Assembly (NCBI GenBank): GCA_049999805.1
Contig: JBNGIO010006274.1
Coordinates: 267,818-297,874, forward strand
DNA length: 30,057 nucleotides
Direction of reading: 5' to 3'
From: Folioceros fuciformis
Lineage: Eukaryota
Of this stretch, positions 1 through 10,986 are shown one piece after another. The position numbers and the translations under genes were made by a program. Position 1 is the first letter of the stretch. Each line of letters opens with the position of its first letter. The notes beneath the pieces are model-generated. The model was not told the origin of the DNA. It saw only the letters and a program-made list of their open reading frames with translations, and did no database searches.

Positions 1-197
1 TTTGTTGTCAAGAAATAGACTGACTTTACTACTCAAGGCCACCACTGCACTGCTCTGCTCTGCACTCATCGGGTTTTTGCAGTTGGCAGTCGAGTCTGCG
101 AGTCTGGAGGGAAGGAGGGAGGGCCGCTTTGCGGGGTTGCCGGGAAGCACTCGCACCACTGACTGACCGACCGGCATGCAGGGAAGCTCGGCTGAGG

Positions 198-388
198 ATG
201 CGGATGCGGATGCGGCTTCCGGCTTGGGGCTTCGGGTCCCGTCCCGGCTTGGGTCAGGTCAGCGAAGCCGTCGCTCCCGCCTACCGCTGCTTCTCGTTGT
301 GTGCGCACACTGCAGCAGGTCATCCTAAGAGCAAGAGCGACGGGGGCGGAGGCTGGCCACTGCAGTTGCAGCTGCAACTGGCTGGCAG
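198..388 (+). CDS. Candidate first coding exon of a host gene (organelle transit-peptide-like N-terminus); downstream exons not identified in the window
   Basis: ATG at 198 opens MRMRMRLPAWGFGSRPGLGQVSEAVAPAYRCFSLCAH...QLAG, Arg-rich and acid-poor, with an RCFS motif like a mitochondrial presequence cleavage site. The frame runs into a perfect donor CAG|GTAAG at 386-393. It lies in a GC/CpG-rich island unlike the rest of the window. Confidence 0.4.
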
Positions 389-404
389 GTAAGCCGGCCA
401 AGCA

Positions 405-690
405 CGCAGGCCCGAGGCAGGCGGGCAGGCAGGCAGTCAGTCAGGCAGTCAGGCAGGCAGGCACGCGATCTTGTTGTCTGCGTTGCTGCTGTTGCTGCTA
501 CTGCCGCACCCTTGCGTCGCATCGCCTAGTTGCCATTGCCATCTCTTCCTTCGGACACCGGTTCGGGGTCCGGGCTCAGGTTCGGGCCGCGTCGGGTCGG
601 GGTCGGTTCGGTTCGGTTCGGTTGAACCGTCTCCTGTCTGTCTGCCTGCCTGCTCGCCCGCCTGCCAGCCTGCCCGCCTGCCCACCTGCC
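405..690. repeat. Simple-repeat block: (GCAG)n at ~405-463, (CGGTT/CGGGT)n at ~560-625, (CTGC)n at ~633-690
   Basis: Directly visible; 416-430 GGCAGGCGGGCAGGC is the exact reverse complement of 668-682. Confidence 0.85.
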
Positions 691-1422
691 GTTGCGTTGT
701 TTCGCTTTGCCCTTGCGTTTCTCTTGGCAACCCTCTTCTTCCCGGATCGTCTTACCGTCTGTTTACCACCCCAACCTCAACTTTACTGCTCTGTACTCCA
801 TTCCGTTTTCCACTATTCATACGGATATACTTTTTTTATGTGCCAGGGCGGCCTCTGCCTGCCTCTTGGACCTTCCGCCACGCTCTCACTCGTGCCCTTG
901 CCAAACTTGTTGTTAGCCCTTCAGATAGCGCTTGCGACATCCCCAATTCCCAACCCACTATCCCCCGCGCCCACGCATACCACCGCTCGGTTTACGCTTC
1001 CCGAACTCGCCGTATTTAGTGCGCTCGTGGCCCCTTCGTCACCAAAATGGCAAATCCACCGGCTGTGCTGCCCTCATGCACTCTGTCACGACAAATGTCT
1101 CAACCTCACCTCCCGTCGGGTCCTTGTCTATTTCCGAACCTTCATCACTTACACGCCATCTCTTTTGGCATCTCGTAATCTCATGTTTGATCATTGGGCA
1201 TGCAATTGGAAATCGCGATACCTTTTGAACCACGGGAAAATAGTGTCACTTCCTACTGCTATTGATGACTAAACATATGCCGAGGAATATTTGTCCCCTA
1301 ACCAAATCAAGGACCAGCAAGTTAAAAAAGAAAAAGAAAAAGGCACATACACAATGAAAGCTACCATTCAATCCTTGATTTTACCAAGTCATGACCAAGG
1401 TCAATGACCTTACATGATCCAA

Positions 1423-1960
1423 TGTCACCTTTTCTTTACTATCTACTAATTGACTAACTAATGGTCCAAGTTTACTAGTTTTCAAAGCTAGGACTCAAAG
1501 CTCACTCGTACAACAAATAGAACTTTTCTTCTATCTCTATACATATATGCAACATTGGTGTACTAATCTATGAAGGTCTATGCAATATCACATTTTATTG
1601 AAGGAACCAAAACAAGCTTAAAGTTTAGGGTTTAGGGTCTAGTCACACTAAATAACTACCAAACCCATCATGTTGTAATTGCTACTCATCACTCTTGCTC
1701 TTGTGCATGTTCTTCTTGTTGTTAACAAGCTCAAATGTACCTCATCCTAAGTAATCCACAATACCCTCTCAAGTCCACTCCTTTATAGGTTGGATAGACT
1801 TTTATCCCTTGCCATGGAGACCCACAAGTCCATGTGCAAGGCATTTTCCAAGTTTCAGAAGACTCGCACCAAAGGGAAGGTGTTTCATACTAGAAAATAT
1901 GTGCTTGGTCTTGAAAAAACAAAAAACCTAAGTCCTATTCCAAGTGTCTAGTAGTATGAT
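1423..1960 (-). mobile_element. Probable LTR remnant in minus orientation (right boundary uncertain)
   Basis: TGTCAC at 1423 (typical LTR terminus). On the minus strand, CCTATAAAGG (TATA-like, ~1780-1789) is followed ~190 nt later by CAATAAAATG (polyA signal-like, 1591-1600). No partner LTR or TSD found. Confidence 0.3.
1624..1637 (+). repeat. Two plant telomere units (TTTAGGG)2 / telo-box
   Basis: TTTAGGGTTTAGGG seen directly. Confidence 0.8.
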
Positions 1961-1999
1961 TCTGCCAAAAGCAAGCTAATGGTTGTCACTGAGCCTTAA

Positions 2000-4165
2000 T
2001 GAGAAGGTAGCGGTGTGGGCGAAGTGGGGCCAAGGGAAGACGGCACTGGAAGGGATCTTGTGGGCGGGGTGGGCCCAGGAGGAGATTATGCTCTGCCGAT
2101 GGCGATTGGCAAATTAGCTGAGCCAACGTGAGGCGACCGGTCTAGTAACTAGCAATTTGGAGAAGTAGGTCTGGCAATTTGAGGCTCCGGACTGCTTGGT
2201 GCTATGCGTTTGCTAGAGGGAGGTGCCAGAGTCGCTGAAGCCACCACAGCCTCCACGATCTCACTTAAGACCTAGAGGGCTTTGCCATGGAAGGATGCAT
2301 GGCTGTCATCCAATTGCTGAATAGCATCTACTACCATCCGCCAGAGTGTTCGATACTTCGGCCGCCATCTGGCCTCCGGTAGGTTGTCGTGTTGTATTGT
2401 GGCTGTGGTGACGTACCTCCAAAGTTCTTCGAGGGCCGTGAATGCGATCATGGCCGACTCTCTCATACGAAGGTCAGAGACAGCCTCAGTCTAGGCTTGG
2501 AGCAATGTCACCTCCTGATGATCTTCCTGAGCCTCAAAGTCCGCCAACTGGGCCTATAATTCCTCCGCTTTGGCCCGGAAGTCGTTGGCCCATCCTTCCA
2601 GTGTTTTCTAACTGAGTTGCTAACTAAGTCATCCTTCTTCTAAGGGTAACATTTTTGCCCTCCCGGGCTGCTACCTGTCGGAAGGACCATGCTAGCCCCT
2701 CCGACACTTGTAATGTTGCCTTCGACTGCTTGTGTGGCTCCTTCTGCCATAGCTCCAGTGTAAAACTAGTAGTTTGGAGGCACTTGTGCCCTCCCGAAGG
2801 ACGTTTAGATAGCCCTTCTCATGGCTTCTGGGTTCGTAATACCTGTGTCGATGAGGTCTTCTAGGACTATGGACCGCGGCAGTGCCCTGTGACGGTCGAC
2901 CTCCTCTTGGGCCAGGTTGGGAGCTGGTCTGGGGGCCAAAGTTGGGATCACTCCAGTGGTAAACTAGGAGAGCGGGGTCCCCGCCCCTTCTTCCTTCCAT
3001 GGGGTGAGGGTGGTTGTTTAACTCCAGACAACCCGATCCCGTGCTATTTGTTGAAGTCTAGTTGCACTACCATCTATGTGGTCTGCCTCTTCCCTAGACC
3101 TCGGTGCTCCTCCTATTCCTTGTACCAAAGCCAAGAAGTCCTTCGCCTCCGAACTGGTGGTTGGCGGGGCACTCCGCAATGGGAGCCATTTTCCCGCTCT
3201 AGAAATGCCCCTAATGTTCCTCAGCTTGGGCGAAGGGGCTTGGCCGGTGGCACTCTTGCTTTCCTCTTCGAAGGCGGGCTAGTTGGGGAGTTGGGGGCAA
3301 CGGGCATGGATGGCGACTCCGGCGTTCCTCCGCGGCTATCCTCTAAGGGGTCTGAAACCGATAGAGGTACTGGCGTGGTAGGGAGAGCCTTGGGTTGTGT
3401 GGCCAACGCCGAGTTTTCTTCTTGGGGGCCGATGGAGGGCCGACGGAGGAGGAGGGTATCAGGGTGGATGACAAGTGAGAAAGTGATGCTTTCTCTAAAT
3501 CTGTTAGGACCTTACAGTGGTCCAATATGTGGAAAAGGAAAGGAGAGAGGCTTGAGGCAGGTGGCTTCTCCTTCTTGAGTTTCCTAACGTTGAACTAGAT
3601 CCGATGTGCCACAACCTTTCCCCAATCCACTAGGGTCCCTTGTGCCAATCCCTAGAGAAGTAACAAAACTCTATCTGCTACACGGTCAATTTGTGTCACC
3701 AAAAGTTAGTTGATGATAAAGCGGGCCACACCTCTGATTCTCAAGTCCTACGATGTTATGAATCAATCACCTGATGGTGGTCTTGGTGGAATCCTCCATC
3801 AAGAGCATGGCTATCGCCTCCTTCACCAACTCCTTGTTACGCTGGGAATTAAGCTAAAGTCCTCTACGTTCTTCCGCCGGATGCCGATAGACTTCCCGCA
3901 TCATCTGGACAATCCACAATGTGGGGTTGTCCTTAATCTTGAAGGAGCGGTCTTGCCCCGAACAAAGCATAGTCCGGGTGAATTCCTAAACGATCATTGT
4001 TGAGTTGGTGGCCTAGGGGAACTGGAAAATTATCAACTTCCACTACTCCATGAGGTCTCCCGCTGTTGCTATCCAAGGCACAAAATTGGGATAGGAGCAT
4101 GTTTGGATTTGCTCCACATTGAGTCTTCCGGTGTTGTCGACTTCAAGGAACTATCTTGGTGCCAT
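2000..4165 (-). pseudogene. Decayed accessory ORF of an LTR retrotransposon (Athila/Tat-type 'putative plant transposon protein'-like N-terminal domain, low-complexity linker, coiled-coil C-terminus)
   Basis: Reading through stops from ATG 4165 gives MAPR*FLEVDNTG...IV*EFTRT..., then after a frameshift ...LL*GLAQGTLVDWGKVVAHRI*FNVRKLKK (VDWG motif typical of such ORFs). A Pro/Ser/Lys-rich stretch (3221-3406) and a helical AKAEEL..QLADFEAQ..ALEELWRY region (2272-2580) follow. The 3' end is approximate. Confidence 0.5.
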
Positions 4166-4443
4166 AGCGAAGGAGTCCTAAGTGCTAAAAAAAAAAGAAG
4201 GGAGGGAGGTAGCAAAGGGTTACAGAGCACTAGGTTCCTTAAGGTGCCAGAAGGAATACGAGGGATGGGAAGGGAGCAAGAATGTCGTAGGGCGCTGGAA
4301 GACGAGGTGGGGTGGAGGAGTGGAGTGAGAAAGTCGGAATGATTCTCAAGAGCGATGGTAGGAGGGAGAGAGAGTGGAGTGGGGCGTATTGGTTGGTGTG
4401 AGAGAATCCTAGCAGTAGCATTGTGTAGCATGCGTTTAGGCCA

Positions 4444-4606
4444 TGATTCCAGGTGTATTTGCATTAATTAGAAAAAAGGTATACAAAGAGTGTTCTTATA
4501 GCCGGTGCCCATTTATGAAGGGGCACACCCGTTCATGGTGACCTATCCCTATGAATGGTAACTATATTACGAGCAGGGTTATGGGTAGATTATCCGTTCT
4601 GTAACA
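4444..4606 (-). mobile_element. Short 3' LTR (~163 bp) of Copia #1
   Basis: On the minus strand it begins TGTTAC immediately after the polypurine tract, contains TATAAG (4500-4495) and ends ...GAATCA at 4444. The end is inferred because no 5' LTR is available for comparison. Confidence 0.6.
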
Positions 4607-4615
4607 CTCCCGCTT
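4607..4615 (-). other. Polypurine tract (PPT) of Copia #1
   Basis: Minus strand AAGCGGGAG directly abuts the TG of the LTR, ~100 nt after the RNase H stop. Confidence 0.7.
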
Positions 4616-4715
4616 AAGTTGCACGTAGCATGGCTAGTGACGAAGACTATCTCCCGTCGGACGCGACACTGCTCTATGGTGCGCTCCCTCTGAAGGCCAA
4701 GTCTTCTCTCTTGTC

Positions 4716-7700
4716 TCAGGTTACGGCAAGTTGAGGTGAAAAATCGATTAGACCTAGCTTATGCATGTGTTGGTAGTGGCGTAGCTTGGGTAGGCCTTTG
4801 GTTAATATGTCTGCAATGTTGTCCTTTGTTGAGACATAGGTAGCCTTCACTATGCCTTGCTCAACAACATCCCGTATGTAGTGATGTTGAATCTCGATGT
4901 GCTTCGTCTAGGCATGGAACTTGGGATTTGCAACAAGAGCCAGGGCTGACATGTTGTCACAGTGAGGGGCGTAGGATTTTCTCGCTTCACGTCGATATCG
5001 GCAAGAAAGGCTCTCTCCCACTCTGCGTCCTTTGTAGCATCGCTAAGTGATTTGTACTTTGCTTTAGTGGAGGAGAGGGCGATGGAGGCTGGCTTCTTGC
5101 AACTCCAGTTCACAGTTGCGGAAGACAAAAGGAAACAATGTGGGCTAAGGCTCTTTCGTGAGTCAGGGTCGGAGGCCCAGTTTGTGTCAGTGTATCCTAC
5201 AAGTGACAACTTCCCTGTGCCTTTGCATCTGTACGTTAGGCCATAGGTAAGGGTCTCCTTAAGGTAGAGGAAGACTCTTTTTACGGCTGCCTAGTGCGCC
5301 CTTCCAGGTGACTCTAAAAATTGTGATACTATGGAAATAGAGTACTAGATGTCGGGTCTGGTCCATCTGCTGACAAAGATATGGCTGCCCACAGCGTGGC
5401 GGTAGAGACTGATTCCATCTCCTTGGCCTCCTCTGTTGATTGCGGGCACTGATTAGCTGTAAGCTTGTGCCGATAGCATAGAGGGTGTTGACAGGCCTAG
5501 CTTGGTCTAACTTGAATCTCGCTAGTATTTCTTTGATGTACTTGTGCTAGTGGATGACCATGCTACCTTCAGCCTTGTTTTTAAGAATTTGCATTCCAAG
5601 GTAGAACCGGAGTTTGCCTATGTCTTTCATCTCGAAACGGGTGCTCAGTTGCTTCACCTCTTCTAGCATAGCTTGGCTATTTGCGGTGAGGATGAGGTCA
5701 TCCACATAGAGGGCGAGGAGGATGAAGTGGAGTCCCCGAGATAGCCTGTAAATGTTCCTATTTGCCAAACTTTGGACAAAAGAGACACTAAGCAAATAAG
5801 AGTGCACGGTAGTGTACTAGACATGGCCACTCTATTTGAGGCCGTAGATGCACTTCTTCTATCTCAATACTTTGTGTGGGAACTATTTGCTGACGTAGCC
5901 CTCGGGCTGGTCCATACAAAGCTCCTTGTTGTGTGCTCCGTAAAAGTATGTTGTGCACACATCCATCTGGTGCAGCTCTAGATCGATTTCTACGTATTGG
6001 GCTTGCACGACGGGGGAGAAGGTTTCTTGGTAGTCAAGTCCTTTGACTTGGGAGTAGCCTCGGGCTACCACACGGGCCTTGAAGTGGGTGACCTAACCTT
6101 AGGCGTTAAGCTTGAGCTTGAACGTCCATTTGAAGCTAATCAGTTTCCTTCCAAGGGGCGAATCGACTAACTCCTAGGTCTTGTTCTTCACAAGGTTTTG
6201 GTACTCATCCTCCACTGCGAGCCGCCACTTGGAGGATTCAAGGCTAGAGAAAGCTCGGGTGAGAGTGGTGAGCTCCTCTGGCAAGGTAGGTTTTGAGGTA
6301 TGTGCTGTAAAGGGTGGGTTGAAGGAGCTCCTAAAATCAATAGATTTGTAAGGAGGCTCAACCCACTATTCTTGTAGTGGGCGATGACAAGTATTGCGAC
6401 GTAGGCCAAGAGGGGGCCCAGCCTTTAGGAGGCGGCACCTCGTTGACGAGCAGCTTGGGTAGAGGCATGTCAGCAACAGTCTCATCTGGAGCGGGGGGAT
6501 CAACTGGTAGGGGATCCAGGGGCACTTCAGCAAATTGTTGATTTGTTGGAGGAGCAATTGTAGCATCTTCTCCCTCCACGTGTGGCAAGGGTGGGAGGTC
6601 ATTGTCCTCATCCTCGGAGTTAGTGTCCTCCAAGGCTGGTAGCAATCCTTGTCAAGCAATGATGTGGCCACAACTCCCTCTAAGGCTGGCCATGTGGGTT
6701 CCAGGAAGGTAATGCTACGGACCAGGATAATGCTGTGATCTTCAAGATCAAATAGTTTGTAAGCTTTCACATTCTCACTGTATCCAACCAGCACGAGCTT
6801 TCACAACCTATCCTCCAACTTTCGGTGCTTGGTCTTTGGTATATAGGCATAGGCCGTGGAACGTAAGACTCAAAGGTGGACGATGCTAGGTTTTTTATGC
6901 TAGAAAACCTCATATGGAAAACGCCCAAGGACAACACCAGTGATGAGTTGATTGACAATATAGGTCGCGCTCACAATGGCTTCTACTTAGAAGCCCTGAG
7001 GAAGGCCAGCCCATAACAACATGCTTTGGTTCATTGAGAGTAGGGTCTGATTTTTGCACTCTAAAACCCTGTTTTGCTGTGGGGTGTAGGGTACGCTTAG
7101 CTGCCTCTCAATATCTTGCTCCCATAGGAAGTCGTCAAAGGTGTTATTGACAAATTCTGTTCTGTTGTCGCTTCTCAAAATATTCAGCTGATGATATGTG
7201 TGTCTCTTGGCAACGGACAACCAGTCTCAGAAGTAGATGAACATATCACTCTTCAGGTGCATTGGAAGTCCATGAGTACCCACTAAAGTCATTTGTGTCG
7301 TGAGGTAGTAGCGTGCTCCACTTAGTGAGAGTTGTCCTTGAGATGTCAACATGGACTAACTCCAAGGTTGTGGTCTCCCTTTGGGCATGCTTGGGAAAGG
7401 GAAGTTCTTTCTACTTCGCCAACACGTAGGATTCGCACACAGGGAGATGCTTGAAGCACTTGAGTAGGGGCTCTTCATACAGGTCTTGTGACATCATAGA
7501 TATAAGCTTGTTTTTGTTAATGTGTCCCAACCTGGCGTGCCACAGAAAAGTTAGGTTGTCAAGAGATGACGGCAGTGCTCCAATTGCAAGGGCAGAAGGT
7601 TCACTCACGCTGGAAAAAGAGAGCCTCTACAAGCCGTTCTAAGGTGTGGCAATGAAGAGGCACAAGTTAGGATTTGTGGTCCTGAAAAAATAGCATGACC

Positions 7701-7797
7701 CCCTTGAAGCAAGCATCTCTAGATCGCCTTGCTTTAGCAACTGGGTCATGGAGACCGGGTTCTTGCTTATTTGCAGGACGAGGAGCACATGCTCCAA
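4716..7797 (-). pseudogene. pol: Ty1/Copia #1 pol (end of protease, GAG-pre-integrase, integrase, SH3, RT, RNase H); 5'-truncated, many stops and frameshifts
   Basis: LWHARLGH + CESYVLAK; LRSDNRTEF, PYTPQQN; GYSENVKAYKLFD; VARGYSQVKGLDYQETFSP, HQMDV, LALYVDDL; GYTDTNWASD; NIADILTKGLP. Order PR-IN-RT-RH defines Copia. Confidence 0.95.
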
Positions 7798-7829
7798 GCT
7801 ACACACCAAACTATTTCAAAGAGGAAATT

Positions 7830-8724
7830 CGCAAGTGCCTTGTCCCATGATAGGAGGTGCCCACCTACAATCAATACATTCCTAACACTCAAAGTAATCA
7901 CAAGCTCCATGCACAACCAGCCCTGTTCTAGTCCCCAATGCGGGATAATCCCCAAGAACGTGCAAAACTACAAACCCGTATAGTGAAGTGATGAGACGGA
8001 TCATCTATTGGCTTAGAGAAATCCTCCACCTCCATACCTATGACCCACAGATCATGCAGCTCTTCCAGCAAGGGCTCCATGTACACGTCAAATTTTTTAA
8101 TGATGTTTGGGCCTGGAACAATGAGTGGCATCAACATGTGTTTAGGCTTTGTGGTTGCCCATGGTGGAAGGTTGTGAACAAACAATAAGATTGACCACAT
8201 TGATCTCGCTGTGGACTTGTGACCAAATGGGTTAAATCCATCTGATGCCAAGCCTAAACACACATTTTGTGGTTCACTGCCAAAACCATCTAAGGTATCC
8301 AACATTTGCCATGCGGAACTATCCGCCATCATTCCCATGTGCCCATCTGTACTTCGCAAGTGATGTCTACACTCCACAAAGGCGTCTCAGCCATAGCACG
8401 ACATCAGGTTGCCACAACTATTCCACAAGTGTTGTTTATCCCATTTAGAAGGTCAAGCATCACCTCTGCCTCCCTATCTTCTACGTTGGTGTTAGAAGGG
8501 CAATCACTCTCACTAGCATCTTCTCTTGACTGACCATCTTGTGAAGTTGTCATGTCGAACGAGTTCACTACGTTTTCCTCATTAAGCTCGTTGGCACTTG
8601 TGGATGAAATTCTGTGTCCGAGGACACAATGAGGGCCATGTTCACCTTCTATGTCGTTATAGTCCTAGGATTTGATCCCAAGGGAATGGTTCGTGTCAAG
8701 TTGTTCAAAATTTACAACTTCTAG
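7830..8724 (-). pseudogene. tnp2: CACTA/En-Spm Tnp2-family (Transposase_21-like) transposase fragment with internal deletion
   Basis: ADSSAW, VCLGLASDGFNPFG, SMWSILLFVHNLPPW, PGP, DVYMEPLLEELHDLW and, after a frameshift, GDYPA (7939-7950) are Tnp2 core motifs. An upstream acidic stretch ending in AETPLW (8374-8391) resembles the A..PLY motif. Confidence 0.9.
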
Positions 8725-8734
8725 ACTATTTATT

Positions 8735-8905
8735 GTTAGTTCCTACCCGGACGTACTCCACCACCATACCCAAGTCTAATACCATCGTCCCCAACTCTGC
8801 CACGGTAGGGAATTCCACCATCCCCGTAGTGGATTCAGCCATTGCGGTAGTGGGCCCCACCACCACCGTGGTGGGTGAACGTGAATGTTCACCACGTCCG
8901 TCCCG
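8735..8905. repeat. Degenerate ~21-bp repeats and small hairpins between the transposase and Copia #2
   Basis: Recurrent CCACCATxCCC and CGGTAG/CGTAGTGG units; GGTGAAC...GTTCACC hairpin at ~8874-8893. An open minus-strand frame (8726-8932) has heptad-like repetition. Confidence 0.4.
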
Positions 8906-8907
8906 TT

Positions 8908-10986
8908 CAGCTGAGATCTGGACACGCCTCAAGCAACTATATGTAGGGCAAAATATGGTTAGTGCAATGACTGCCTTGAGGAACTTCCAAAATTTGAGAA
9001 TGAGGGAAGGTAATCGATTCAGTGGAGAAGCACGTGAATACCTTCAGGATTCTAGCCTCAAGATTGGAAGGAGCTTCAAACGTTAGTATGACTGATGACG
9101 AAATGGTGATGAGGCTCATGCTCTCCCTTCCTGAATCCTGGTCTCATTTCGTGACATCACACACTACTCCTCAAACACAAGCGGCACTTCTAGCTCAGCA
9201 ATAGGGAGTAGACATGCCAATTATGTCCTTCTCACAACTTATTAGTTCTATGCTACAAGAGGAAGCTAGTAGGATGACTCACAGGTGAGTAGGCAAGCAA
9301 TAGGCCTTGTATACCTCTAATCAAGGAAGAGGAGATAGAAGATTTTCTCCAAAAGGAAGTAGTGGGAATTTTTCAAAAGCAGGCAGTTCGCAAGGAGTAG
9401 CCTCAACTATAAAGAAGACAAAAAGGACAGGTACATGCAATTGTTGTAAGTTACTTGGTCATTGGGAGCGTGAGTGTCGCAAAAAGCAAGCTGGAGTCCC
9501 TCGCAAGGAAGGATCCAGTGCTGCGACACATGTGGTGGTGAAGCAAGTAAACAGACCATCAACTTTGACAGTCGGGACAAGAATGTTTTCAGGTCCACTG
9601 TTGATTCCCACTTGTCTCTCTACCAAAGCCAATGTTAAACCCACATCAGAGTGGTATTTAGATACAGGTGCAACTGCTCACATTTGTTTTGATAGACATG
9701 CTTTCAAAACATATAGGTCAGTTCCAGATCAATACATTTACCTTGGAGATGATAGATCTCTAGTTGCACCAGGTCGAGGCACAATTGAGTTTTCAGTCCC
9801 ACCTAGCATCACATTAGTGCCAAAGGATATCTACAATGTGCCTAAGATGACTAGGAACCTTGTTTCAGTCAAGAGATTAAATGCTGATAACAACAGTCAC
9901 GTTGTTCTTACTAGAACATACTCTCAGATTGTAGATGCATTTGACCCTAGCAAAGTACTTGCATTTGGATTCTCTGACCATGACCTTTATCGTCTTGATC
10001 TTCATCGAGGAATAGCTGATACTAACCAGTCACCAGCTATTTCTTTAGCCTTTGCACAACAAGTAGCAAAGTCTAAGTTGTGGCATGCACGTCTGGGTCA
10101 CCCTCACATGGCAAAATTGCATAAATTGGCCGTGAGTAGCTTGTATCAAGATGGGCCCATTGGATCATTAGTTGATACTCCTCTATGTGAAGCTTGTGTA
10201 TTATCTAAGAAACACCAAGCAGCTTTCAAGAATAAAGCACCTTATCGTGCCTCAAATCTCCTTGAGCTTATACGTATAGACTTGTGTGGACCCTTATCTC
10301 AAGAGTCCATAGGAGGTGGGTGTTATTTTCTATTGTTTACTGATGACAAAAGTCGTTTTGTCACCACCTATATCATGAACAACAATAATGAATGTTTTTC
10401 CTACTTTAAGGAATACATTAAGTTTGATGAACGCTGGACAGGTAAACAGCTCAAGACACTTAGATCTGATAATGGCGGAGAATTCATATCTAATGAATTT
10501 CAGAACTTTTGTAAGGACAAAGGCATTAGTCGTGAACTCAAAGTTGTTTATACTCCACAGCAGAATGGAGTTGCAGAGTGTTTGAACCTTACTCTAAAGG
10601 AAATGGTTTCTTCTTTGGTGCATGATGCTATGCTGCCACTCCCTTATTGGGCTGAGGCCTTGATTACTTCAACTTATCTGCGCAATAGATTGCCAACAAG
10701 TGCAGTTGCAGATAAGATCCCTTATGAAGCCTTTACAGGCAGAAAGCCATCAATACAACGTTTGAGGACTTTCGATTGCCTAGCTTATGTCGTTATCCCT
10801 AAACAGAAGAGAGCTAAACTCTCAGGTGAAGCACGTAAGCTCCTTAAGCTAGGCTATACAGAAGGGATAAAAGCCTATAAGCTATATGATGTTCCATCTA
10901 ATAGAGTAATCTATGCTTGGGGTGTTACCTTTGATGAAACAAGGACTTGAGCTTCAGTGGGAGCTCATCCTATTTATACTAGACTC
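8908..10986 (+). pseudogene. gag-pol: Copia #2 gag-protease-integrase (ORF 9307-10950 is still open for 547 aa)
   Basis: AEIWTRLKQLY...LRMREG and LMLSLPESW (gag); CNCCKLLGHWEREC zinc knuckle; WYLDTGATAH protease; LWHARLGH/CEACVLSK; DLCGP, LRSDNGGEF, PQQNGVAE integrase; GYTEGIKAYKLYD SH3. Confidence 0.95.

Noticed and set aside
301-1272. 323-aa ORF (and overlapping 471-1019) as real genes
   Set aside because: Non-ATG starts; translations are microsatellite-derived low complexity (QAGR, CCCC, LPA) in GC-rich, stop-poor DNA; no domain motifs.
1624-1637. Telomere or interstitial telomeric array (also ~17890, ~20105, ~28069)
   Set aside because: Only 1-2 units each; common telo-box-like motifs in plant repeats.
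2889-4342. Plus-strand ORFs 2889-3578, 3710-4003 and 4103-4342
   Set aside because: Antisense shadows of the decayed minus-strand accessory ORF.
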